IMG/VR virus record: IMGVR_UViG_3300017766_000205 | Coordinates: 1 to 33,878 of that record | DNA from: a virus | Lineage: Duplodnaviria > Caudoviricetes | Direction: 5' to 3' (one strand) | DNA length: 33,878 nt | Part shown: positions 7,148 through 16,662 of the stretch, one piece after another | How the letters are laid out: each line of letters opens with the position of its first letter | How positions within the stretch are numbered: position 1 is the stretch's first letter | The notes under the pieces: model-generated | The model's input: only the letters and a program-made list of their open reading frames with translations | What the model was told of the DNA's origin: nothing | The model's database searches: none | Translations under genes and position numbers: made by a program

Positions 7148-10012
7148 ATGAACCAACAATTTTTCGAGAAAGTACTGCCAACGCAGGGCAACATTTGTGT
7201 AGTGGGTATCAAAGACGGAATCGTGCGCCCGAAGTTTTTTGGGTACATGGATGACGCCATCGAGCAGATGGTGGCTTTCGACAAAGAAGACTACAACACA
7301 TTTTTTGCGCTTGGTACGTTTGAGGGATATCAGCGTAAAGCAAATGCGTGTCTCTACCTTAGATCGTTTTTCATCGACCTCGACTGCGGCCAAGACAAGC
7401 CGTACGCTACTTGGGAAGACGGTCTCATTGCGCTTCACGCCTTCCTGACACGGACTTCTCTGCCTCAGCCCATCATGGTGAACTCAGGCCACGGCATCCA
7501 TGCCTACTGGCCCTTTACTGAAGACATCGCTGTTGATGTTTGGAAACCGTATGCGGATAAGTTTAAGCAGTTCTGCTTGGACAACGATCTCTTTATCGAC
7601 GAGGTTGTTACAGCAGACGCCGCACGAATCCTGCGCTCCCCCGGTACACGCAACCTCAAAAGAGAGCCACTGCCTGTTGAACTGCTTCAAGACGGAGACC
7701 CGCAGCCCTTTGAACTGTATGAAGAAATTCTCGGGACAGTAGAGAAGCCGTTTGATCTCACGCAGGTTGAACGGGGACTAGACGACGAGACCAAAGCGCT
7801 GTTCGAGAAGATGAACGGCAACTATGAATATGTATTTGAAAAGCTGGCTGTAGCCAGTCTTGAAGGAAACGGCTGTGAACAAATCAAACACATCATCGTC
7901 AACGCGGCTAGTTGTCCAGAGCCGCTGTGGTACGCTGGAATATCTGTCGCCGCTCGGTGTGTTGATGGCAGTTCAGCCGTACATCAATTGTCCGAAGACC
8001 ACCCCGCCTACACCAGAGAAGAGACCGACAGAAAAGCAGCGCAGTCTCTCAGAGAAGCCGCATGGGCGCACAGTTGCGATGCTTTTGAACGAGAAAATTC
8101 CGCAGGATGCCAAGGATGCCCACACAGGGGACGCTTCGGAAAAGCTGGGCCTATTATGCTTGCCCGGAGCCTCAGACTTGCTCAACCAGATGAGTCAGTC
8201 CCCGTTGAGTGCAGCACTGAAGCCCAAGATGAAACGCAACCAGTACGGGCCAACGAGGATACCAAAGAAATTCTAGTCTTCCCAGACTTCATCGCGCCCT
8301 ACTTCAGACCAATCAACGGCGGTGTGTATTTTCAGCCGCCACCAAGGATCACCAAGGACGGGAAAAAGATTCCTAATGATCCTGAGATGCTTGTGCCAAA
8401 CGATCTGTACCCAACGCAGCGCTTGTACAGCCCCCATGACGGTGAATGTTTGATCATGCGCCTTGTGCTCCCGCATGACGCCACCAGAGAATTTCTTCTG
8501 CCACTCAAAGACGTAACGACTCCAGACAAGCTCAAGGCCATCCTTGCATCGAACAGCGTTACCTTTGAACCCACACACGCACCTAGACTGGCCAGCTACT
8601 TGATGAAGTGGGCCAGCTATTTGATTCAAACAAAAAGAGCGGACATCATGCGTATCCAACAAGGCTGGACAGAAGACCACAAGTCCTTTGTGCTTGGCAC
8701 GAGTGAGATTTTTGCAAATGAGATCAGGCACTGTCCTCCGTCCCCGATGGCCAAGAACATCGTGCGCTACGTCAAACAAGCAGGTACGTTTGAGCAGTGG
8801 CTCAAGTCAGCGCGTCTGTTCAATGACCCCGGCTATGAGTTCCATGCCTTTGCAATGCTTTGCGGATTCGCTACTCCGATCATGGAGTTCACCAACGTCA
8901 ACGGTATTGTTCTATCGCTTTACGGCGAGTCCGGCACAGGTAAGACAGGCGCGTTGTATGGCGCTATGAGTATCTGGGGCAACCCCGAGAGTCTGACGGT
9001 CAACGATGCAACGCCCAACGCGCTGACCCAGCGCATGATTACCTCGAAGAATATTACGTTTGGTCTTGATGAGCAGACCAACCTTGACGGCAAGGTGGCG
9101 TCTGATGTGGTGTACAAGACTTCTGCGGGTCGCCCAAAGATTCGTCTGATGTCTTCAGCCAACCAAGAACGTGAGTCAGAGTTCATCACACGCTTGATAA
9201 CGATCATCACTTCAAACAACAGCCTGATTGACATCATCTCGACCTACAAATCAAACACCACGGCAGAGGAGATGCGTATCCTTGAGCCGACAATCTCTAA
9301 GCCAAACGTGCCGGGATACGAGCTGACACTTGAGCGCGGTATTGAGATGTTTGAGCAACTCAAGAACAACTACGGACACGCAGGAGCACCGTACATACAA
9401 GAGCTGCTGAAGATCGGGCCAGAAGAAATCTACCGCCGCATCAAGATCGCCCACATGCATGTGTCTGACAAATACACGAACAGTGGCGAGTATCGATTCC
9501 TGTCCAACCTGATTGTTGGTGTGATGCTTGCTGACCGTATCCTGCGCGATATGGGTATGCTGGACTTTGACATGGACCGGATCATGGAAGTGGTCGGCAA
9601 AGAGTTCAACCGCATCATTGCTGGCAAGAAGAAGGCCGATGCAGACGACCGTGGCGATGTTCTGGGTGACTTCATCAACAAGAACATTCAGAACATGCTG
9701 GTGATTCACGACCACAAGGTCAAGGTCACGCCTCGCGGCCCTCTGTATATACGCGCTGAAGTGGACGACAGTCAAATCTACATCTCTACCTCTGCGCTGA
9801 AGCAGTACCTGCATGAGATAAAGCTTGGCATCAAGGACTTTGAAAAGCGCCTATCGAACTCCGGTGTGCTGGTAGGCAAGATACGCAAGCAGATGGCTTC
9901 TGGATGGAACGAGGCAATCGGCAGTACCAACGTACAGGCGTACGTCATCCAGTCAGACATCTCCCACTTGTTCCCTGAAGAGATAAAGATAGATGAGCAA
10001 AAAGCCGAGTGA
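7148..10012 (+). CDS. Primase-helicase fusion: AEP-type primase, helical/Cys linker, DUF927 and P-loop helicase
   Basis: FFIDLDC, VNSGHGIHAYW, DAARILRSPGTRN (AEP/RepB'-like); HSC......GCQGCPH; QGW (DUF927-like); GESGTGKT (Walker A), FGLDE (Walker B). Confidence 0.88.
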   Translation: MNQQFFEKVLPTQGNICVVGIKDGIVRPKFFGYMDDAIEQMVAFDKEDYNTFFALGTFEGYQRKANACLYLRSFFIDLDCGQDKPYATWEDGLIALHAFLTRTSLPQPIMVNSGHGIHAYWPFTEDIAVDVWKPYADKFKQFCLDNDLFIDEVVTADAARILRSPGTRNLKREPLPVELLQDGDPQPFELYEEILGTVEKPFDLTQVERGLDDETKALFEKMNGNYEYVFEKLAVASLEGNGCEQIKHIIVNAASCPEPLWYAGISVAARCVDGSSAVHQLSEDHPAYTREETDRKAAQSLREAAWAHSCDAFERENSAGCQGCPHRGRFGKAGPIMLARSLRLAQPDESVPVECSTEAQDETQPVRANEDTKEILVFPDFIAPYFRPINGGVYFQPPPRITKDGKKIPNDPEMLVPNDLYPTQRLYSPHDGECLIMRLVLPHDATREFLLPLKDVTTPDKLKAILASNSVTFEPTHAPRLASYLMKWASYLIQTKRADIMRIQQGWTEDHKSFVLGTSEIFANEIRHCPPSPMAKNIVRYVKQAGTFEQWLKSARLFNDPGYEFHAFAMLCGFATPIMEFTNVNGIVLSLYGESGTGKTGALYGAMSIWGNPESLTVNDATPNALTQRMITSKNITFGLDEQTNLDGKVASDVVYKTSAGRPKIRLMSSANQERESEFITRLITIITSNNSLIDIISTYKSNTTAEEMRILEPTISKPNVPGYELTLERGIEMFEQLKNNYGHAGAPYIQELLKIGPEEIYRRIKIAHMHVSDKYTNSGEYRFLSNLIVGVMLADRILRDMGMLDFDMDRIMEVVGKEFNRIIAGKKKADADDRGDVLGDFINKNIQNMLVIHDHKVKVTPRGPLYIRAEVDDSQIYISTSALKQYLHEIKLGIKDFEKRLSNSGVLVGKIRKQMASGWNEAIGSTNVQAYVIQSDISHLFPEEIKIDEQKAE

Positions 10013-10214
10013 GCCAGCGCCAGAAGACGAACCCGAATGGGTGTTCCCCTACGAATTCATGAACGTAGGGGATAGTTTTTTCATCCCAACTATGCGTCCA
10101 CGGCACATGGTCTACATCATTGATGTGACCTCAAAGAAAATAAAAGTGAAGATGAAGACTTACCCCCGACACGAGAACGGTGTTCTCGGTGTCAGGGCGT
10201 GGCGCATCGGTTAG
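9993..10214 (+). CDS. Small conserved phage protein, putative DNA-binding
   Basis: FPYEFMNVGDSFFIP...GVRAWR motif common in small phage proteins; overlaps the primase end by 20 nt. Confidence 0.75.
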   Translation: MSKKPSEPAPEDEPEWVFPYEFMNVGDSFFIPTMRPRHMVYIIDVTSKKIKVKMKTYPRHENGVLGVRAWRIG

Positions 10215-13200
10215 GGCTTGATTTCGTACGCCTCGAATACATCCAACATGTTGCGCTTAACAAGGTTCTGCGCTTGGACGATATTTTTCACGAGCTCGGT
10301 GCGCTCTTTAGGTGTCAGCCCTTGCATCCTGCGGTACACGTTCGCTTGCTCACGCAAGTTGCGTAGCGTCTGGTTTACCTGTCGGTTGTAGGTATCTACC
10401 AGCGCGGGATGCAGGGGGTTGTTCTCGATGTAATCTGCGTACCGTTCAGGACTGTTAACCTGAAGAGTCTTGAGCCTACTCTGAATATTCAGAATCTGCT
10501 TCTCTACGTTCGAGAACTCACGAGCGTCGATGTTTGACGGAGCGCCGAAGAAACTGTCGAATATCAGCGTGTCGGTCTTAGGATTGAACTCTTTATCACC
10601 AGCAGCCACAAGCGCGATGTTGTGCGCACCGTGCCCCAGACGGGAGACACCGTCAAGGTAGTTATTAGCGAAGAAGTACAGAGTGTTCGGACTCCAGTCT
10701 ACTCCGCCGTTTGTGATCTCATAGAGAGTACGCACCGCAGTTTTATACAGCTCAGGGATGTTGTCGCCGCCTGTGTACGCATCACCAAATCGTGACTGCC
10801 TGTTGTTGTAGATTTCACGACCCAGACCATCCACGTTCATAGTCCACTCAAGGAACGGACGCAATGCGCTTGGCAACGCTGAGTCCATCAACCACGCCGC
10901 TGGCTGGTCCATCGGGTTGATACGCGAGACTGGCAGGGGTAGGAATGAGTCCATACCAATCAGCGCTGTGTTGGTAAGAGCATCCTTGACGGAAGTATTT
11001 CCGAGGCCAACAGAAGCTATCTGCGCCCCCGCCGCTGCGAACGCGCCCAGACCAAAGCCCCAAGGCAACTGCAGTGGGGTTTCAAAACCGGGGATGAAGA
11101 ATCTAGCATAGCGAGACCAGCGCGTTGCGTCATCAGTAGCTACTTTGTTGCGGCCTTGATCATCATCGTCAGCCAACATGTAGGCCATACCGTAGATCGC
11201 TACGCCCATACCCAGCAAGCCAAGAGTCATAGCTTGAGCAGACCTTTTCTGCTTCTTATACTCTTCTTTGAACTTTTTAACGGCTGCTGGATCGTTACGC
11301 ACTGTCAGCGGCAGATCAGCCATAGCGGACTCAACACTACGCAGTGATGGCTCAAGCGCCTCAATAGCTCGAACCGCACCAGTAGCAGCGGGACGGAAGA
11401 ACATAAACGCAGCGCCAGCAGCACGGCCCCACTCACCAACCTGTTCAAAGTTGGCCAGATTTTTAGCGTAGCCCGCTGCCTTCGTGGCTGCCTCTTCGTT
11501 GTTCATGCCCTGCGCCATAAACTGCGACTTGGATACTTGATAAGCCGCTGCGCGGCTGGCCAATTCAAAAGTATCAACCCAGATATCCACGACTTTGTCT
11601 ACGGCGGCTTTGGCCTTCTTAAGGTTTCCACTGCCCAGATCACGTTGAAGTTCTTGCTGCTGCGACTTAGAAGAGATGCCTTGCAAGTACGATACCTTGC
11701 CGCCCTTCTGGATGTACTCGTACATATCTGCTACGTACGGGTCTTTAGCAGCCAGCCTTTCAATCTCCGCAAAATTACCCGCCTCATACAAACGCGCTAC
11801 GTTTCCAGCTTTGAATAGGCCACCCGTGGCTACCTTTGCTGAGATAGCACCGATGTATTGCGCTGCGGCCTTTGGCCCCATCTCCGCGCCGATTGTGAAA
11901 GCGTTGGTCAGCGCGTCACGCACGAAGTTCATTGGCCCGAACGCTATGTTGTAGCGCGTGTGCATCTGACCAATCGTGCTGGTGACTGTGTTGAGCGCAT
12001 CGATAAGAGGCTGCGATTCCTGATACGTACGCTTGATTGCTTCGCGTTGCTCTTTGTCACGCAGCAAGATGATGTCAACTGAACCATCAGGGTTGTAGTG
12101 GTACACATAGTTGGGGCCGCTGTATTCCTGCATGGCTGCTTTGTATCGGTCAGCAAACGGTATCGTTGCCTTGATCTCACCGTACAGCAAGCGCTTCTTA
12201 GAGTCAGCGTCCTTGACTGAGTTCTTGATTGCCAGAGTCACATCTTTGCGACCAGCACGCATAGCAGCGCGTGTTGCGTCCACCATCGATTGCAGTATCG
12301 AGTTGTCGGATTCAGTCTCGCGACCCTCAAACGAATACTGTTTGTCCTGCAGTTCAGTACCAAGACGGGGGCCGTCAAACGACAACAGGTCGTCGTTCTT
12401 ATTGACGAAGTGCTGTTTACCCTTGAGCGGTATGTAGTTTTCCCAACCGTAGAAGTCCACGACACTCTGCACAGGCTTGGACCAGTAGTTGGATTCTTTA
12501 TCCAGCTCAGTCGTGGCCTTATGCAATCCTTGCAGAGCTTTCATCGCCTTATCTACAGCAGCCTTTGTCTTGTTGTCTTTGCTTGTGTACAGAGCTTCTG
12601 TAACTTTCTGCATATCGGCAGGGGAGTAGCCACCGACCACGTTGTACTCAGCAGCATCGCGCTTCACAGACTTGTAACCGCCCGGCTCAGCGCCGTTGAT
12701 ACCTGAGAATCCTGTCGGGTCAGCGTGCTTGGCCACTACGTCATTCAGCGCAGTACGTAACTCTTTGATCTGCTCAACGCTCAGTTTGCCCGAGAAGATG
12801 GCATCCATCGCACGGATGCGGAACTCAGAAGGCGCAATGTTAAGTGTCGTACCGTTGGGCAGTGTGATATTTGTTTTGCTGGTGCTCAGGGGCACGTTGA
12901 GCATGTACTTCACATCACGGCGCTCGCCCTCGTGTCGCGCCATACCCAACACATGCAGATCACGGGCTGCTTCATCAACAGTCTGCCCCGTTGCTTTTGC
13001 GTAGTCGTTGATAGCGTTACGCAGATCAGAAGCGGCGGGCTCTACTCTAGTCAGGTACAAGTCTTTGGCACGACCCGAAGACAGAACAATTTGGGTGTAC
13101 ACATCGTTCAGGCTGCTACCACTGTAGATGATCTTACCCGCACGAGACAGCGCGTCTTCCCAGCGCTTGATGGAGTCACGGCTGTTCTGAAACTTTTTCT

Positions 13201-16200
13201 TGAGATAGTTGTATGCCTTGCGCGTGCCGTAGTGTTTACGGATGTTAGATACGGTCGATATCTCAGGCAGTTCGTTGCGCTTGAGGATTGCATCGACTGA
13301 GTTGTCTTGCGGTTCAGCCTTCTTGCGCTCTTGTTGCGCAGCGGGTTTCTTAGCGGGTAGCGCTTCGCGCTCGATACGCTCGGTCGAGGCTCCAGCAATA
13401 GACTCAAACGCTTGGAAGACTTCGAGCAGTGCATTACGGGCTTCGTAGTTGGTTTCCTGTCCCTGAAACATTTTCTTGGTCAGACCAAGGACGTTGAGCA
13501 CGCCAGTCATGAACTCGGACCACGCCGATTTTGTCTCTGGCAGGATTGTTGGGAAGGTAACGATCTTGTTTTTCTGTTTGACATCTAGTCTGACGCCAGC
13601 TAAGTCTTCCTGAAAGAACTTATCTGTCAGTGCGTACGACACAAACTCAAACAAGTTTTCAAACGCATCGGGATAGCGAGTTCCTAATTGGTCGCTCGCA
13701 CGATTCATCAAATCCTCAAGCATCTCAGCAGCTTCGATCTGCGCGTCAGTCAGCCCTTTGAGGTTGCCTTTCTCATACTGGTCGAGCACCTTGATCGTAG
13801 CGGCGTGCACAAACTCATGCAGGATGATCGCATCGGTCATCCCCTCTGCCGTTACAAGGATCGTATCGGTCTTCGGGTCGTACTCGGCCAGTCGCCCTTT
13901 AGGCAGCTTGTCAACGTACTTGATCTTGGTCTTGAGCTTCAGGTTAGATATGGCCTGCGCAACGGCTTTATGCAGCTTGTTCTTAGCCTGTGTACGCAGG
14001 TAGTTCAACACGTTCTCAGTGTTACCAGCTTTGACCTGTTCAGCAGCCTTACTCGGAATGAATGCGCCGCGCCCAATGCGCTCTACGGGAGATGGACGAC
14101 CCTTGTTAGCCTCGCGTTGCGCACGCTCGGTTTCAATCTCTCCTTGAGCTTTCTCATAGGACTTGAGTTCGGTCTCTTGCAGCGCAGCTTTCTCGTCTGT
14201 CTTCTGAGCGCCTCTGCGCTCACTGATTGACTTGGACAGGTTGCTAAACGCTGAGTCGATGTTCTCAACGGTAGGATCAACGGTCTTGCCGTTTTTCTTG
14301 CGGTACTTCAGGTCTTGTTTGAACTTAGCTTTCTCTGCATCGGTAAGTTCAGAATACGGTGGCAACGACAAGCCAGTCCGTTTGTTGTAGGCAGTGCGCT
14401 GCGTTTCGTAGAGACCTTCTTCACGGTTACCTTGAACTTCGCCAGTCGCTGTGCGTTCTTTTTTAGCGGTGTAGCGGTTCAGTGCTTCCAACGCTTTTTG
14501 CCGTGCCAAGGGAGTAATCTGCCCGAGCTCGTTGGTAGCCAGATTATCAAGATACACACGCTTCTGATCTGCAGTGAGCCGGTTCCACTCACGCAACTGT
14601 TCGCGTTTTGCGTTCAGGGCATCGAGCGCCGCTTTGAGTTGCGCTGCGCGTTCTGCTTCTGGGACTACGTCTGTATCTTGCTCGCGCTTAAGAACGGTGT
14701 CGGCTTCAATGCCGTTGCGCTCCAGCATGTCTTCAAACGCGCCGAGCTTCTCACCCTCCCAGCCGAACTGTGGAGACAAGCCACCCTTCTCGGCCTCTTC
14801 AATGAAGTTTTGTGTATCGTCATCATATACAACGCTCTTGCGTTCTTCATTGAACTTCTGGCCGATACGAGTCTCGGTCTCAGCAATCTGTGCGTCAATC
14901 TCATCTTGCTGGATGTCACGCAGATCAATCCCCAGCGCCTCGGCTTGCGCCTTGCGTTTGGTCAGGAGTTCTTGACGGGGCCCGGTTACTTCGGGGGCTG
15001 CGGCAGGTTCTTGTCCTTGCGTTTCTGTTTTGACGGTTTCAGCGGTTTCAGTGCCAAGGGTTTCTCCAGTAGTTGATGGCGTTACAGGTGCTGTGGGTGG
15101 TGTCGTAGGTTCCGCAGGAGGCGTTACTGCAACGGGCTCCCCTGCTTCTCTTGTAGCAGGCAGGCTAACATCCGGTCCAGCAGAAACCATTCCATCTCGT
15201 TCAGATGAGACAGTTCCTCCGGTGGTGGGAAGTTCAGGGGTTGGTTGTGTAGGTACAACAGGGCTTGTTCCACCTGCTGGTTGTTGAGTTCCTGCAACAT
15301 CTGTCGCTCCTTGCGTAGTTGTCTGGGCAAGCGCATCGATCCGTGCTTTCAGTTTCTTTTGCTTTTGCCTTTTACCGTACAGCTCGCCTTTTTCTTTACC
15401 AGTCAAGGTAACGCCACGAGCTTCCATCTCTTTGATTTCGGCTTCTCGCTGATCGTACTCAGCTTTCAGTGTATCTATCTCAGGGCTAGTTTTTGGCGCG
15501 GGCTTATCGGCAAAGATATCGGCAAGAGAAGTGATGGTGCTTTCTTGTTTCTGATTAGTGTCAGTCGTCTGATCTTGTTGCTGAGTAGTGTCAGTCGTCT
15601 GATCAACAGCCGCAGGGATATCTTTTGTAGGAGCGCGACCCGCCAACAGACCAGCACCGCCACCCATACCAGCAGCGCCCAGCGTGGCCATAGCAGCGGT
15701 CTCTCCAGCCCCTGCCGTCAACTCACGGTCAAGCCCAGCCTGCTGCGCAGCAATGTTTTGCGCAACGCGACCGCCAACTTCTTCGATGTTCTCACCGGGG
15801 ATTTCTTTGATACCAGTTACAGCGCCTGTACCGATGCGGCTACCGGTAAGCTTCTTACCAGCCAAAACTTCTTCAAGCGCTTTACCGCCGGGGAGGTATT
15901 TGTTTGCCAGCTTACTGAGCGCATAGCCAGCCAAACCAGCGGCACGGGCCTTGTTGATTGTCTCAGCGGCAGCCTGCTCTTCAGACATGCCTTTGGCGCG
16001 AAGTTCTTTGTAGATTTCGTCGTATGTGCCAGCACCTACGTCCGCACCCTGCATCACGGCTCCAGTTTCGATCGCCGCCGTCGTGCCAGCTTTAGTTGCT
16101 GCAATCTTTGCCGCATCTGCCGCTGCTTCTTTTGTAGCTCCTTTGGCCAAGGCGGCAGCGGATGCCCGACCAGCGGTTATGGCAGCGGTAGCGCCACCAG

Positions 16201-16654
16201 TCAACAACATGGGCAGAATCTGCGGAGCTTGCTCAGCAAGGAAAGATGTAATCAGAGCCGGGTCTTTGATTGTTTCTCCGAGCGCGGCCTTGAACGCAGC
16301 AAACTGGCCTTCCTTCTCCGCCTCTTGAACCTTGGCAGAACGCTCGGCTTCACGGGCTTTCAGACCCGCAGATTTCATCTCTTCGCCATACTTGGAGATG
16401 TCCTCCCCGAGACCCAATGAACCAGTCTTAGAGAAGTCGCCTGTGGCCAGACCGTATAGCTGCCCCGGCAGTTGGACAAGAGAGCCGACACCGGAAACAA
16501 CACCCGCGCCGACGTCTTTTGCAGCTTCACCCCAAGTGCGGTCTGTAGGTGCGGGTTGTGCTGACATCAACCCAACACGACGCATTAACTCGGACTGCGT
16601 TGTGCCCTCTGGAACATTGGTGATGATTGTTCCATCCGGTAATCTAACGTCCAT
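10211..16654 (-). CDS. Large internal virion/ejection (polyvalent-type) protein, 2147 aa, with zincin-like HExxH domain
   Basis: GAGGT SD; Gly/Ala-rich hydrophobic N-terminal region; Pro/Thr linker; IILHEFVH...FEFVSY; helical C-terminal region with LPWGFG (LPD38-like, from recall). Confidence 0.8.
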   Translation of the reverse strand: MDVRLPDGTIITNVPEGTTQSELMRRVGLMSAQPAPTDRTWGEAAKDVGAGVVSGVGSLVQLPGQLYGLATGDFSKTGSLGLGEDISKYGEEMKSAGLKAREAERSAKVQEAEKEGQFAAFKAALGETIKDPALITSFLAEQAPQILPMLLTGGATAAITAGRASAAALAKGATKEAAADAAKIAATKAGTTAAIETGAVMQGADVGAGTYDEIYKELRAKGMSEEQAAAETINKARAAGLAGYALSKLANKYLPGGKALEEVLAGKKLTGSRIGTGAVTGIKEIPGENIEEVGGRVAQNIAAQQAGLDRELTAGAGETAAMATLGAAGMGGGAGLLAGRAPTKDIPAAVDQTTDTTQQQDQTTDTNQKQESTITSLADIFADKPAPKTSPEIDTLKAEYDQREAEIKEMEARGVTLTGKEKGELYGKRQKQKKLKARIDALAQTTTQGATDVAGTQQPAGGTSPVVPTQPTPELPTTGGTVSSERDGMVSAGPDVSLPATREAGEPVAVTPPAEPTTPPTAPVTPSTTGETLGTETAETVKTETQGQEPAAAPEVTGPRQELLTKRKAQAEALGIDLRDIQQDEIDAQIAETETRIGQKFNEERKSVVYDDDTQNFIEEAEKGGLSPQFGWEGEKLGAFEDMLERNGIEADTVLKREQDTDVVPEAERAAQLKAALDALNAKREQLREWNRLTADQKRVYLDNLATNELGQITPLARQKALEALNRYTAKKERTATGEVQGNREEGLYETQRTAYNKRTGLSLPPYSELTDAEKAKFKQDLKYRKKNGKTVDPTVENIDSAFSNLSKSISERRGAQKTDEKAALQETELKSYEKAQGEIETERAQREANKGRPSPVERIGRGAFIPSKAAEQVKAGNTENVLNYLRTQAKNKLHKAVAQAISNLKLKTKIKYVDKLPKGRLAEYDPKTDTILVTAEGMTDAIILHEFVHAATIKVLDQYEKGNLKGLTDAQIEAAEMLEDLMNRASDQLGTRYPDAFENLFEFVSYALTDKFFQEDLAGVRLDVKQKNKIVTFPTILPETKSAWSEFMTGVLNVLGLTKKMFQGQETNYEARNALLEVFQAFESIAGASTERIEREALPAKKPAAQQERKKAEPQDNSVDAILKRNELPEISTVSNIRKHYGTRKAYNYLKKKFQNSRDSIKRWEDALSRAGKIIYSGSSLNDVYTQIVLSSGRAKDLYLTRVEPAASDLRNAINDYAKATGQTVDEAARDLHVLGMARHEGERRDVKYMLNVPLSTSKTNITLPNGTTLNIAPSEFRIRAMDAIFSGKLSVEQIKELRTALNDVVAKHADPTGFSGINGAEPGGYKSVKRDAAEYNVVGGYSPADMQKVTEALYTSKDNKTKAAVDKAMKALQGLHKATTELDKESNYWSKPVQSVVDFYGWENYIPLKGKQHFVNKNDDLLSFDGPRLGTELQDKQYSFEGRETESDNSILQSMVDATRAAMRAGRKDVTLAIKNSVKDADSKKRLLYGEIKATIPFADRYKAAMQEYSGPNYVYHYNPDGSVDIILLRDKEQREAIKRTYQESQPLIDALNTVTSTIGQMHTRYNIAFGPMNFVRDALTNAFTIGAEMGPKAAAQYIGAISAKVATGGLFKAGNVARLYEAGNFAEIERLAAKDPYVADMYEYIQKGGKVSYLQGISSKSQQQELQRDLGSGNLKKAKAAVDKVVDIWVDTFELASRAAAYQVSKSQFMAQGMNNEEAATKAAGYAKNLANFEQVGEWGRAAGAAFMFFRPAATGAVRAIEALEPSLRSVESAMADLPLTVRNDPAAVKKFKEEYKKQKRSAQAMTLGLLGMGVAIYGMAYMLADDDDQGRNKVATDDATRWSRYARFFIPGFETPLQLPWGFGLGAFAAAGAQIASVGLGNTSVKDALTNTALIGMDSFLPLPVSRINPMDQPAAWLMDSALPSALRPFLEWTMNVDGLGREIYNNRQSRFGDAYTGGDNIPELYKTAVRTLYEITNGGVDWSPNTLYFFANNYLDGVSRLGHGAHNIALVAAGDKEFNPKTDTLIFDSFFGAPSNIDAREFSNVEKQILNIQSRLKTLQVNSPERYADYIENNPLHPALVDTYNRQVNQTLRNLREQANVYRRMQGLTPKERTELVKNIVQAQNLVKRNMLDVFEAYEIKP
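14986..15057 (-). CDS. Candidate overprinted basic peptide (23 aa, same +1 frame)
   Basis: GGAG 6 nt before TTG; MALKPLKPSKQKRKDKNLPQPPK. Confidence 0.3.
   Translation of the reverse strand: MALKPLKPSKQKRKDKNLPQPPK
15124..15300 (-). CDS. Candidate overprinted gene (58 aa, +1 frame inside the 2147-aa gene)
   Basis: AAGGAG 6 nt before ATG; amphipathic-helix-like product MLQELNNQQVEQALLYLHNQPLNFPPPEELSHLNEMEWFLLDRMLACLLQEKQGSPLQ. Confidence 0.55.
   Translation of the reverse strand: MLQELNNQQVEQALLYLHNQPLNFPPPEELSHLNEMEWFLLDRMLACLLQEKQGSPLQ
15551..15604. repeat. In-frame duplication with 30-nt period (DQTTDT x2)
   Basis: TAGTGTCAGTCGTCTGATC at 15556-15574 and 15586-15604. Confidence 0.85.
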
Positions 16655-16662
16655 TGTTTACC

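Noticed and set aside
8229-8276. Alternate-frame mini-ORF MKRNQYGPTRIPKKF in the primase linker
   Set aside because: Only 15 codons and no convincing SD, unlike the nested ORFs at 15300 and 15057.
15245-16420. 391-aa + strand ORF, and other long antisense ORFs such as 14315-15076 and 30867-31661
   Set aside because: Shadow frames of long GC-rich genes; Ser/Cys/Arg-rich composition, no SD or motifs.
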